A stretch of 63,958 nt of DNA, counting the filler, from Pelomyxa schiedti (taxonomy: Eukaryota; Protista; Evosea): the NCBI GenBank assembly GCA_020536535.1. It is 8 parts of 8 records of this genome, joined end to end, with 100 filler letters (N's around TTAATTAATTAA, not from the genome) between each part and the next. Parts side by side here need not be neighbours in the genome. Positions count along the whole stretch, not along the records: positions 1 to 27,624 come from JAHLWZ010001029.1; positions 27,725 to 47,615 come from JAHLWZ010000085.1; 6 more parts are not named here. One strand, given 5' to 3'. Position numbers and translations under genes: made by a program. This document shows positions 20,015 to 32,428 of the stretch, one piece after another (position 1 is the first letter of the stretch; every line of letters starts with the position of its first letter). The notes beneath the pieces are model-generated. The model was not told where the DNA came from. It searched no databases and saw only the letters and a program-made list of their open reading frames with translations.

Positions 20015-20234
20015 TTTTTTCTTTCTTGTTGTTTGGTTTTTACAATTTAAATATTAAATTTTGCACTTATGTGAAACAAACAACTTAGTGGCAAGTTGCT
20101 CCCAACTTCCTTCCTTTAAAAATAACCTAAGATTCTGCCCAGATAGGGCACATGTGCCTTGTTATTGGCATTATTGTTCTGAGCCGCAAAAATAAACACA
20201 GAAAATACACTGCTGGTGGTGTTTGTTGTGCCTG

Positions 20235-23200
20235 CTACAGAGACAAAGTGTTGTGTGATGAAGGGGGTGTGGTATTCAGTGTTGACCTTGGTGTGGTTGT
20301 TGTGGTGGTGGAGTTTGTTGTTGTGTGTAGTGTCACTCGTGGTGAGTGTGTTGGTGCGGGTGTGCCTTTGACTGATGACCTTGTTGGGGGTTGGTTAGAA
20401 TAATGATCTAGGCTTGTGGGCATAGAAAAGAAATGTACCTGTTGAGGTCCTCAGTGAGAGTTTTTATTGAGGTGACAAGGTTTCTCAGTGCGTCGTGATC
20501 GGGATGCTTTTTGGTTGTGTTTTGTAGCATTTCCTATTGTGGTGGATGTGAGTGCGGAAAGTTTCCGGCAATAAAAATTCGGGTATTACATGACACAGGA
20601 GATAGTATTCCGAGACTCTCTTGGAAGGATTTGTTAACTGGTCTTTGATTGACTTGTGGGATGATTCTTCAGTTTCCTTTTAAACAGTAAATTTCAACTG
20701 GAGAATAGGGATCCGGAAATTTACTTGGAGCCATTTTGAGTACATTGGATTTCCGATGTGAGCAGCTTCCAGGGCTCTAACTTGTTCAGACCGGTGCACG
20801 ACATAGTCGAAGTAGAGCGAAGAGATCTCTGGAAGCTAAAAGGATAGGTTATTTTGTTGTTTGGAGTATCTTACTCACTCTGTTTTCAAATAAATCGGTG
20901 ATTGTAGGGGATTCTTGTTGGTCCCACTCTTGTTGCCGCTGTTCTATCTCAAGAAGAAATCTCAGGTAAAATTTGAGAAAATTATATTTGGGAGGGATAA
21001 ATACTGTTCATGCTCAGTAATCATAAGTTCCAAATTTCCACAGACGTTGCGGACTCCTTGTTCTTGTAGGAGCGGGCACGTGTCTCTCTTCAGAGACTCA
21101 TGTAAAGGAAGAATGAATATCTTTAGGGGTGTCAAAACCAGTAAAACAAAGAAATTGCTACCTCAAAAGTGCTTCGCAAGTCTGACACATACTGCTTCTC
21201 TGTTTCGAGAAGCTGGATAACAATTGAAGCTCTCTTCTTCTCATTGTCCGCTTCAACTGCTTCCCAGTAGCCCTTAGACCCCTCTACATTGTCATCTGAT
21301 GCCTACATGCCAATTTAACAGCTTAAAAGTAATAGAAGGCATACCGCGTTGTTGAACAGGCTTTGCATCAGGTTACTCTGCATCTCCTCCAAAACTTTAT
21401 TTATTTCGGCTATCCAACATTGGCACTCCTCCAGTGTTCGTGCAACACATCTCAATGTCCCTTCAGTGGAGAGTAATTTGAACTCTGGTGCACTGGAAGC
21501 GGGTAGAGAAGTAGTCTGTACGGAAGCAGCAGCAAGAGAAACTTGGCGGCAGAATTTGTATTTATTATGGCGACTGGGCTCTGGCTTTGTAATAAGAATA
21601 ATATCCGAAAAAAGCCACAATCGACTCTTTGATTTGTTGACCGAAAGGAGTCCTTCTTTAATCAACCTGCAGGATGTAAGAACTCTAAAAGGAAGGAAAT
21701 TCCTTGCCTCCTCTTTGGGTTTGACGTAAGATCCCCATTAAAATTTGCCAGCTTGCCTTCAATTTCATGGAGCTCGCTCTGGTTGTGTTGATTGATGTAA
21801 TCTGTAAGGTCTTGCATGAAGAGTAAAGCTTCTTGCAGTGGCTTTTTATTTTCCCTTTAGTTGCAATATGAAAATTCGTAATACCTTATAATCAGGGTGT
21901 TCCTTGGGAGTGTACTTAAGCATGTCCGTGAGTAATAGTACATCTGAGAAATATTATTAGCTGTGCAAGAGGAGAACGTGTACATCTTGGAACTCTTTGG
22001 ACAGGTCTATGCAAAAATTAGAGATTTAACTGAAAAATGAAAGCTAAACGTGATAAGTAAGCTGTCAAGGCTGAGATTGCCCAGTGCTGGGGAATATTCT
22101 AGTGACTGCATGGGAAGGAAATTTATGTAGTTGCTCACAAAATGGATGGAAAAACCTCAAGATATTTGCGAAATACAGGACATTTTTCTTTGCAATGGTC
22201 TAATGTTTTACAAGCAGTTGGGTAGTTGCTGACATAATATTTGTACAGTTTGATGAATGTCATCTATGGGCAAATAAGGATAATATATTTCACGACATGG
22301 ATGCTACAAACATTGTTCAAGAATACATTCCCAAGAACAGAAGAGTCTTGCCAATTGCTTACACAAGCTGATATTGACTGGTTAAGGCTGGAAACTCTAA
22401 GTACTTCCAATATTTAGGAGCAGGAAACCTGACATGACAAGTTCTGATAACCTCTGCATTGGCAAATAAATTGAAAATGTCTTCTTTTGCAAGACCTCTT
22501 AGGTCAGATTTAAGTGGATTTATGAAATTCTGCCGATCCTTAAAAAAGCACTTGGGAAATGCCTTACCTCTGTCATGGCTGTGAGTGAGCTCAGATATAT
22601 GGTCTCTGTGCTGAGCATTTCATTGGCAATTTGTTTACGCCGCTTAAGTAACTTAGGTATTCCTTCAACTATTTCTGGTGGAACTCTTTTTTTCCAGCTG
22701 TCATCAATCACAACAGGTGGGGATGTTTGTGGAAACTCTGGCAGTGAAGATATGGTTTTGGCATGCATTTTGGGGGATAGTGATAGTGCACCCTTCAACC
22801 CCAGAAGTGGTGTACGTTCCCTTGGGGTTGGGCCAATTGTTGCCCTACGACCAGGTGGTTGTTCTGTTACAGAGTAAGATTTACAGATATGTTTTGGTTA
22901 CATGCTTGGCAAAACGGAATCAACAGACCGACGAATAGCATCATCCCCTGGAGGGAGAAGAGATGCCGGTATTTTGGGAGAGGGATGGGCAACAAGACCT
23001 ACCTCAGAAGGAATTGGAGGGGAACCAACTTCACGTCTTGTCAGAAATTGGTGCCTGTCTTCCGACAGAACAAGAGCAGGTGACTGTGACAGAGATCTCC
23101 TGTTATGGGAACTATAGTAGGGGCAAGAGGTCGCCAGCAATTGAGGAGATGACGATGCAAAAGTTCGTGGGGAGTAACTGCGAGGCGGTCCATGGCAAGA

Positions 23201-24412
23201 TGCAGAGTAATGGCGGGAATGACTGCCGCCCCAATACCTCCCTCTGTCCCCTTCCCTGATTCTCCTTTGGTCTCTTTCCCTCTCCATGTCCCGATCTCTT
23301 TCCTGTTCTCTTTCCCTTCTATCTCTTTCCCTTCTGCATCGGTCCCACTCTTCCTGTTCCCTTTCCCTTCTCTCTATTGCTCTTTTCCTTTCCCACTCTT
23401 CCCTCTCTCTTTCTCTTATACTTCTCTCCCTTTCCCAGTCTTCCCTTTCACGATCTCTTCTATCTCTTTCCCACTTTCTATCCCTTTCACGGCATTCACT
23501 GTATCCCCTTGGCGGACTGTACTCCCTATATCTCCCTGCACTTCTCCATCTCCACTCATCCCTATCTCTATAATCCCTATAATCCCTATGTTCTCTCTCC
23601 CACATTCTCCATCTCCTCTCTCTCGACGTTGATCGTGAGTGTGATCTTGATCTTGACCTTCTTCGTGAATGTGACCGTGACCTTGATCTCGACTTTGACC
23701 TCGATCTCGATCTCAATCTCGGCGGTGAGCGTGATCGTTCTATTGGCCTTCTTGAAGGTGACGGTGAGTGTGAAAGTGACAATGCCCGCGATCTTATTGC
23801 TCCTGTGTTAGCCCGCGAAGACAATGATCCAGAGGGGGTATGTGCTGGTGAATGAGTTGGTGAATGCAATGGTGAGTGTGATGGTGACCTCGAGTGAGTT
23901 TGTGACTGTGATTGTGATGTAGACCTTGAGTGAGCATGAGATTGCGAAGGCGATCTCGTGTGAGATTGTTGTGATTGCGATTGCGATTGTGACAGAGACA
24001 TAGAGGTGTTGATCGTCCGCCTTGGAGAAGGTGGTCCCTGTGGTGACCTCGCCCTCCGTGCACGTGGGCTATTATTATCGTAATCGCGGTTACGGTCCCG
24101 CGAACGAGAGCGGGTGCGAGACCGAGAGCGAGAGCGAGAACGACGGCGAGGGCGCGAGTGGGATCGCGACCGGGATCGGGAGCGCGGGCGGGAGTGTGAC
24201 CGGGAGCGCGATCTGGAGCGTGACCGGGAGCGGGAAGGAGAGTGGGAGGGGCGAGGGGGGGTGCGGGAGCGGGAGTGGGAGCCGGAGCGAGAACGGGGCC
24301 GCGTGTCGGGCAGGGGGGCCGGGGAGAGGGGGGGCCGCGGCGGGGAGCGGGAGGAGGAAGAGGCGGAGGCGCGGCGGGGGCGCGTGGGGAGCACGGGGGT
24401 CGACGCCGACAT
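20235..24412 (-). CDS. RhoGEF (DH-PH plus a second DH) with a long RS/RE-rich N-terminus, multi-exon
   Basis: DH motifs RRKQIANEMLSTETIYLSSL, IKLYKYYVSNY, PVQRVPR, LLLTDMLKYTPKEHPDY. PH motifs IKEGLL...RLWLFSDIILITK. Second DH-like segment TEAVYV...MLQNTTKKHPDHDAL. Gene ends are approximate. Confidence 0.8.
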
Positions 24413-24624
24413 GGGGCTGCCCCGGCTGCCGCTGCTCAGGTACGGCGACGACGAGGGGGGTGGCGACCGCTCGCGGTGGCTGCGTCTCCCTCCTCCTGCT
24501 CCTGCTCATGCATGGGTTAGTTTGGGTTTTCGGGTTTGGTTCGTACGAACATCGGTATGTGATAAAGACAAATTAAAGTTGTAGTTGGTGTGGTTGGTTG
24601 TGTTGGGGGGGGCGGTACCGGTTG

Positions 24625-27624
24625 ATGTCGAGCAACCAGCGGACATTTCGAGAAATCAAACGACTACAATTCTGTGATGGGGTTGTTAGATGGAAAGGGA
24701 ATCTTGGACTGAGAAGGGGGTCGAGGGAGTTCCGCAATTCCGTTCGGAGGCCCGAGAGGCAGATAACATCGGACTCAATTCGGAGTGGTTGTTCTCGTGG
24801 ACTTGTCGACAACGTTCTTTCCGTAACGTCAAAGCGGAAATCAATCTCCCCAGCAGGGTCATGTGAACCAACTGCCCCCATTTGGGAATTCAAACACAAA
24901 ACAAAAAGAAGTTCCGTTGTTTGGCGCCTGAAGCATTTTGTTTGTTGCAACACCAACGTGATGGCAGCTACCCCAACGATAACCTTAACGACCACCAGCG
25001 GGTCGATCAAACCCTGCCCCTCCAGATCCGTGGAGTCACGAAACGAGCAGCCGGCCAGCGTAATTTCCGTTTCGAGTTCCACATGGAGCCTAGTGCCGCG
25101 CGCACAGTCCACCATCTCGGCCTCTGGCGCCACCAGGCCCGCGGCGGCCTCCGCGGCCGTCACGCACCCATGCCGCAGACTGGCGAGGAAGCCGCGCAAA
25201 GTGGTCAAGGCGGTGGCGCGGGCGACGGACAAGGGCGTGCTGCGGTCGGTGCTCGTGTCGGTCGGCCTCGTCGTCGCGACCGCGGTTTCGGTGTGGCTTG
25301 TGTGGTACACGACGTCGACGAAGGTCGTCTCGCTGATGGCCGATGACACCATGAGTGACACGTCGAACAGTGCGTCGCGTTTGATTCTAAATTTCTTTTG
25401 CTCGACACTTGGTGTGGTAGTTTGGGGAGCCTAACTTTTGTCGGCGCAGTTATATTCAATGAGATCCACCAGACCGTCCGGGTATGAATGCTGATGCTCA
25501 ATAACAACTGGATTTAATGAATAGTAGGTTCTGTACCGGCAACTTGAGTTCTTTGATCTGGCCCTGTCTTTTAATCCCAATTTCTTTGGAGAGGACAGAG
25601 TGACGGAAATGTGGTCTATTCAAACTGCTGCGTTATTAAATGTTCGTCTATTTTGTATTGGCACACACATTTATTCTTTTCACAGGAACAGACTCAATTC
25701 TCGATGATAATTGCCCCAACTGACCCGTATACTTTCGACCATCTTATTGAGCCGTCTCTCCTCTCATCTCAGGATGTTGTATGTATCCTCATCAGAAGTA
25801 TACCAAAAGACTTACAACAGAAAAAAAAGGCATTAAGTATAGTCTTCAGAGTCGCAAATTCTTCAGACTCCATCGTAATAACGATCAAAGATGGAAACAA
25901 ATCACAGGGCCAGGCCTGTATGGCGGCAGTTTCTTACAGTGCCCCTACATTTATCCCAGTGAGTTGCATTGATGGAACGATAAATTGGCCACTGCTTCTT
26001 CAGTCAGTGACTGGAAAGGAAATTGCGTTTTTTGACCCAGTTCACGTTGAATTTTTGTAACTTCAATTCCTTTTTTCCCTCGTGTTTTACTGACCAAGAA
26101 ATGACAGGGGTTTTCAAATGTTTGTTATGAGTGTGCAAAAGGTTGGTTCTAAACTGCCTTCTTTTTGTTCTTACCATCAACCAGGCCCTCTACAGTGGTG
26201 AAACACCAATTGCATGGCTATACACAGGAATGGAGGTCCCAACGGTGAGTGAATATTCTTTTAAAAATAGTCGAAATTGCCTGACACTCACAAAGCTAAC
26301 CACACTGCTTTCTGGAATTAATATGGGAACGAACAGCTTTTCATACATTGTGGATTCTCATGGTAAACTTCTGGCTGTTCTTGGCTCTTTGACTGTTGAA
26401 TCAACTGAATTTGGGTGTGTGACGGTTTCCACCTCCCCTTTTTACATCTGACAAGTGCCAGAACGGTCACTCCAGACAACTCATCGAGCACCAAAGTGGT
26501 TCACACATGGGGGCTCCTTCAAGATAAAATCGGAAGCATTTCAGAGAATGAAACGTGCAAAATGCAGTATTCCGACGACACGGACAGCTATTTCCTGTAT
26601 GATCTATATCTATCTCTCTCTCCCCAACATTTCCCAAGAATAATCTCACCAACCACATTCCACAGAGAAGGTAATCCGCGATGCATCTTCTTTTCATTTC
26701 TCTTGTTTTGACACGAAATTCAGTGTTCCATTACCACCCTCATCCCAGTGCGCAATGGTTGGTTGTTATTTCTCTGTCATCAACGTAAGCTCTGCTTCCT
26801 TTTGTAACTTGTTTTTATCTCTGATGTGTAACCAGCAAGTACACTGAATCATCCCGCCTGAGCACGAGGTTTTCCATCATCATCACATGTGCATTGGTTG
26901 CGGTTCTTCTCGTTGTTGGGTGTGTTCACTGTCCTTTTCAAAAACCCATCCCACTGTTTCTTAACTGCGCGTGAAGAGTGATTTCTGCCATTTCGTTGAG
27001 CAAGAAAAGAGGTTCTGTGTCCCCGGAACCAAAAATTGACTTGGATGCTGGAATCACCAAGGTTATTCAATAAGCTTGTTGGGGAGGAGATCTCATTTTG
27101 GTTCAAAACAGGTGCTTGACAAACTGCATTTCCTCAAAAGGCATTCATCGAAAAGAACAACCAAAATCCTTGACGAAATCATCTCGAATCTCACGCAGAC
27201 TGGTGGCCTCTTCATGCCGGACTTGAAGAAACAGACCTGTTTGTTGGACACCGATATCCAGAAATGGTTTGTGTTGTCCTTCCAAGCTGCTCCACCAACA
27301 GAAAAGGATGTTATCTGACTCTTTAAATGATAAAATCAGGCTCAATGAAGAGATTGCACCAAGCAAGCTAGCTCCTGATACTCCTTCCAATGTTGCGACA
27401 CCACTGGTTTCTGTTGTGTCAGACAGCAATGACACTTTTGAGTTGAACTCTATGGATTTTTGTGTAATTTTCCCTTCTTCCCCTTAAAAACCTTCTGAGC
27501 AATCCCCCCAGATCTTTGAAATCCCACCCGAGGGCATTCTCGAGCGTGTGGCAATGCAAGTTGTATCATCCTTGGAGTTGCTTCAAGCTCTTGCCATTCC
27601 CTTTGAATCTTTCCGAACCTTCGT
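24625..27624 (+). CDS. Membrane sensor (TM-Cache-like-TM) class I cyclic-nucleotide phosphodiesterase, multi-exon, truncated by the contig end
   Basis: TM1 LVSVGLVVATAVSVWLVW; Cache-like SYIVDSHGKLLA; TM2 FSIIITCALVAVLLVV. Then IDLDAGITKVLDKL...LDEIISNL...LFMP (PDE8-like pre-catalytic helices) and MDF/IFEI...LLQALAIPFESFRTF (start of the PDEase_I domain). The HD catalytic motifs are not in the window. Confidence 0.6.
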
Positions 27625-27724
27625 NNNNNNNNNNNNNNNNNNNNNNNNNNNNNNNNNNNNNNNNNNNNTTAATTAATTAANNNNNNNNNNNNNNNNNNNN
27701 NNNNNNNNNNNNNNNNNNNNNNNN
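27625..27724. other. Artificial contig linker (N44-TTAATTAATTAA-N44)
   Basis: Six-frame-stop linker. Identical linkers occur at 47616-47715, 56228-56327, 57749-57848, 59262-59361, 61722-61821 and 62850-62949. Confidence 0.97.
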
Positions 27725-28843
27725 CTCCAAGGTTGCGCATTGCGTTGATATTACCAGCATCAGCAGCCCTCTGATACAGTGCCACTGCCTTGGTGTGATC
27801 CTGGTCAACACCAATGCCATTTAGATAACAGCAAGCAAGGTTGTTAATTGAGGCACAATGCCCAGCATCAAAAGCCGTCTGCCACAGCCTCACTGCCTTG
27901 TTAATGTCCTTGTCAACACCTTTGCCATGGTAAAAACACGAACCAAAGTTGAACATTGCGGTGGCATGCCCTGCATCAGCTGCCCTCTGATAAAGTGTCA
28001 GTGCCTTGTGAATGTCCTTTTTAACACCACCAACACCAAAAAAATAGCAGTTGCCAAGAGAATTGACAGAGGAAGCACACCAGTGAATCTTACCCACAGA
28101 AGAAGTGATGGGGCTGTTGTCTCTGCCTTGATCGTCACATGACTCACCCAGTTCCTCCAGTGTTGTTGAAGAATGGTTGTCTGAACAGCAGTACAACCCC
28201 CACAGGGCAACAAAGTACATGCAGGACCACAACTTTTCTGAACTTACTGTGGTGGGTAACAACGACTGGTGTTGATCAATGATGCCTCTCAATGATGCCG
28301 TTGACACAAGATCAGTCCATTCAGAAACAACTTCCATGTTGTTGTGGCTGTAATTCGACAACACACGCATGCAATGAGCTCTCATATCCTCTGTTGAGAA
28401 CGAGATTGCACGAGAGAAAGCTAGTGAGAGGCACGTTGGAATGTGCTGATGAAGTGACTCGTGGTCATTGATGACATGACGGAGGCAAACAAGGAACAAC
28501 AGACCAGAGAGGTACTCGTGATACGTGTCATTACATTCCCCTGATTTGGGTGTGTGTTGGGTGAAAAGACAATAATTATTTAAAAATGAAGAAAGACACA
28601 TTCCAACACACACATAACACACTCACCATGATTGAGCCTGCCACACTCACCTTGGAACAGGGAGTTGGCATTGGCAACAAGAGCAAGGGCAGCGTCGATG
28701 TCTCCCACTTGTAAATGCACAAGTGCTTCCATCATCATCTCGTTTCTTGTTGTTGTGTGACTCACACCACCACTCAAAGAAGTGGAGGATCCTGCCGCCG
28801 TTGCATGTGTTGGCTGATTTGCCAACGTCGTTGTTGGTGTCAT
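27725..28843 (-). CDS. Sel1-like repeat protein; exons 28843..28651 and 28540..27725, 3' truncated
   Basis: Repeats LGNCYFFGVGGVKKDIHKALTLYQRAADAG, FGSCFYHGKGVDKDINKAVRLWQTAFDAG, LACCYLNGIGVDQDHTKAVALYQRAADAG. The GT-AG intron joins in frame. Confidence 0.9.
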
Positions 28844-29132
28844 CTTTTTCAGTTACAAAATGGAAAATCGACAAAATAATAATAAGGTCGTTACGTGTAC
28901 CTCCAAGACATGTCTTTGGCCAACAACACTCCGAGGATACACCACGAGTGACGACGATGTCGTTGTGCTTTGGCAGAATACCATTACTACGATCGTCGAT
29001 GTTTTTGATTAAAATCACTCTTTTGATTCACTTACCGTCTTTGAAACAGCAACCAACAAGGAGTTGTGTTCTCAATTTGACCCCTTTTTAGATTCCAACC
29101 ACAAGTTTTTTCTCGTGCACGTTTCATTGAAT

Positions 29133-29566
29133 TCAGTGCTTGAGCATCAGTGAGAATGATGAAGGTACACCAAATGTTGCAAGTTCAACACCAGTGAGGG
29201 CATCAACAACCCTGATTTGGTTGATGCTGTTGAAAAACAAGAGGCCACACGCGGCTTCGACTTTGAAACAGTGTTCCACAGACCCAACAACCAACACCGG
29301 CCTCGTTGTTTCATTGCAGTCCCAGATGTGACAGGACATGCACGGAGGTGAGCGATGTGAGGTGCAGAACAATGATGGTGAGATGTGGCTGAGCTGAGAC
29401 ACGCCTGTTGTCACCAGTTTGGACACACCTGTATTTTCATTCACTAGGTGAACATCATCAGAGAGGGCACTTGTGCAGCTGTGTGCCTGGACAACAAACA
29501 CTCTCTGACCTGATTGCTGCCTGCACATGATAGCTGACACGGAATCTCCGTCATCTGAAGTATCGG
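29133..29566 (-). CDS. RARDQ-family protein 3' fragment (duplicate of 30190..30618, intact frame), cut by a scaffold gap
   Basis: VNENTG, HIWDCN, RVVDALTG; near-identical to 30190..30618. Confidence 0.7.
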
Positions 29567-29666
29567 NNNNNNNNNNNNNNNNNNNNNNNNNNNNNNNNNN
29601 NNNNNNNNNNNNNNNNNNNNNNNNNNNNNNNNNNNNNNNNNNNNNNNNNNNNNNNNNNNNNNNNNN

Positions 29667-30090
29667 CACCCAGTTCCTCCAGTGTTGTTGAAGAATGGTT
29701 GTCTGAACAGCAGTACAACCCCCACAGGGCAACAAAGTACATGCAGGACCACAACTTTTCTGAACTTACTGTGGTGGGTAACAACGATTGGTGTTGATCA
29801 TGATCAATGATGCCTCTCAATGATGCCGTTGACACGAGGTCGGTCCATTCCGAGACAACTTCCATGTTGTTGTGGCTGTAATTCGACAACACACACATGC
29901 AATGAGCTCTCATATCCTCTGTTGAGAACGAGATTGCACGAGAGAAAGCCAGTGAGAGGCACGTTGGAATGTGCTGATGAAGTGACTCGTAGTCATTGAT
30001 GACATGACGGAGGCAAACAAGGAACAACAAACCAGGGAGGTATTCATGATACGTGTCATTACATTCCCCTGATTTGGGATGTGTTTGAAA
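29667..30090 (-). pseudogene. Duplicate of Sel1-protein exon 2 lacking exon 1
   Basis: Near-identical to 28146..28550. Upstream it joins directly to the RARDQ 3' flank (compare 29040), so exon 1 is absent. Confidence 0.6.
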
Positions 30091-30189
30091 CAGCAACTCA
30101 CAAGGAGTTGTGTTCTCTCACGGCATCATCAATTTGACCCCTTTTTAGATTCCAACCACAAGTTTTTTCTCGTGCACGTTTCATTGAAT

Positions 30190-31813
30190 TCAGTGCTTGA
30201 GCATCAGTGAGAATGATGAAGGGACACCAAATGTTGCAAGTTCAACACCAGTGAGGGCATCAACAACCCTGATTTGGTTGGTGCTGTTGAAAAACAAGAG
30301 GCCACACGCAGCTTCGACTTTGAAACAGTGTTCCACAGACCCAACAACCAACACCGGCCTCGTTGTTTCATTGCAGTCCCAGATGTGACAGGACATGCAC
30401 GGAGCGATGTGAGGTGCAGAACAATGATGGTGAGATGTGGCAGAGCTGAGACACGCCTGTTGTCACCAGTTTGCCCACACCTGTGTTTTCATTCACCAGG
30501 TGAACATCATCAGAGAGGGCACTTGTGCAGCTGTGTGCCTGGACAACAAACACTCTCTGACCTGATTGCTGCCTGCACATGATAGCTGACACGGAATCTC
30601 CGTCATCTGAAGTATCGGTGATGGAACAGGTGGTTCTGCTGACAACAGTGAGATTCCCAGTCTTGAGGGTGTGTTTGACATCAATAACCAGGAAAAGAGT
30701 GGAACGGGCCACCGCTGCAATCACCAGCTCATTGGAATTAACTTCACTGACGAAAAGCTGCACCACCCTGTAGGCATCGTTGCTTTCAATGTCAAGCTCT
30801 GGAGAAATTGACAACAATATGGACCACACGCTCTTTTTATCCTTGGTTTCCCTCTTCCCCCCACAGGAATTCCTCATGGCCATTCTCTCAGCAATCTCCA
30901 ACAAAGACAGGTCCTCCCCATCACACCACGCCCACCACTTTGTGTTTCCAGCGTGACACCCACTACAAGCAGTGCTGTAAATTTCTGTAAACAAAAACAT
31001 GGGACCGTCAAAGCCATCCTCATCACCGATGTAAGTGGAAGCTTCCCCTTCAGGCAACAGCAATTGATCACAGCCAATAACAGGAGGAGCAGGGAAGAAG
31101 TAGAAGCTGCCTGTGTTTTCCCCATTTGTGTTGGGCCTCTTTATGATACACTCCCCATTTGAGCCAACAAGGTCCCACCTCTCACACATACAGTTTGGCT
31201 TCAACTGCATAAAGGTTTGGGGAAAATCCCCCTCCTCTGTAGTTGACGTACCGAGGCTCTTCCTGTGGTCCAGCTTCTTCACACTCATGACACCAAGCAA
31301 CGGAGCAGACAACTCAATCTTGAACACATCAGTTGGCACAGAACCACCACCTCCGCTCGTGGCACCCACCAAAGGAGCAGACACATTTAGCTTCCTTGCA
31401 GAACTAGGAACAACTCCACTGCCCCCACCTCGAGAGTGACAACAGCCATCATCATCACCCTCAGTGTCACTGCTCAATGGCCCCACATGGACACCAACAC
31501 ACACAGTCACCACAGTGCCCCATAATTCGCCGCTTTCGCGTGACGCCGCCGACCTCTTTGGATCCCAGCAGATGCGATACATCGACTCGAGCAGCGACGG
31601 ACCCATAATTCTGACTGGGCTGCGCGCCCGGCACCGCGGATGTGTCCCTGCGGCCAGCGCCGCCATTTGATCACGTGCCCACACGACGACGTGTGTGCTC
31701 ACGACTGATGGCGACGACGCCGTTTGCGACACAGACGTGTGCGTTATTGTCGTTGGTGCTCCTCTTTGGGCATCACTGTTGGTTGTTCGTGATGAAAGAT
31801 GAAGACCACACAT
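30190..31813 (-). pseudogene. Distant RARDQ-family member with a 5-nt frameshift near 30401
   Basis: WARDQMAALAAGTHPRCRARSPVRIMGPSLL, NTKW, LVIDVKHT, VNENTG. Minus-strand cgctccgtg here versus cgctcacctccgtg in the 29133 copy shifts the frame before HIWDCN. Confidence 0.7.
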
Positions 31814-31891
31814 CAGCGTTATCTTCAACAGAAACGAAGGAAAGCAGGAGAAGGGAGCTAAGAGGGGCCGGCAAAACCTGGTAAAAATGAT

Positions 31892-31963
31892 GGAGCGTTA
31901 TGGGGATTGAACCCATGACATTCTGATCCGGAGTCAGATACTCTTCCACTGAGCTAAACGCCC
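31892..31963 (-). tRNA. tRNA-Arg(CCG): tRNA-Arg (anticodon CCG)
   Basis: GGGCGTT/AACGCTC acceptor stem, GCTC-AGTGGAA-GAGT D arm, TCTGA-CTCCGGA-TCAGA anticodon arm, ATGGG-TTCAATC-CCCAT T arm. TTTTT Pol III terminator at 31887..31883. Confidence 0.93.
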
Positions 31964-32428
31964 TTCTCTGGTGAACGAAATGGAATTTTCACTGAACCAA
32001 GTGAAAACTATTTTTAGAAGTTCCTGACCGCAGGGGAAACTTGTTCACCAGTTATACCAAAGTAAGGGTGCATAATGCCTTGGTTGGCAAGTGCTGGGGT
32101 GGGGTGCCTCCTCCGCCTGTCTCACAAACCGGCACTTATTCAACTAATGGTAATTGAAACTTTACCTTCGCTTATGTTCAAGTACTTGAACTTCACAACT
32201 GTGTCAACGGCGGTTGTGGTTGTTTTTGTTGACCAAAACAAGAAAACGAACCAAGGAAAAAAAACCCCTCACCAACTTACCCAGAGAGCGCCCACAACGA
32301 GGTAGGTTATTCTTTGTCGTGTGTTGGTCAAACCACCCCACCAACCGTATCGCCACTTCAAACGTTCAAATTTCTTACTTGCTCCTTTGAAAAGAAGGTA
32401 ATTCTTTGAGCGTTACATCCTTATCGAG

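Noticed and set aside
27669-27680. TTAATTAATTAA palindromes as transposon target sites or regulatory elements
   Set aside because: Always centred in identical N runs; this is an artificial six-frame-stop linker.
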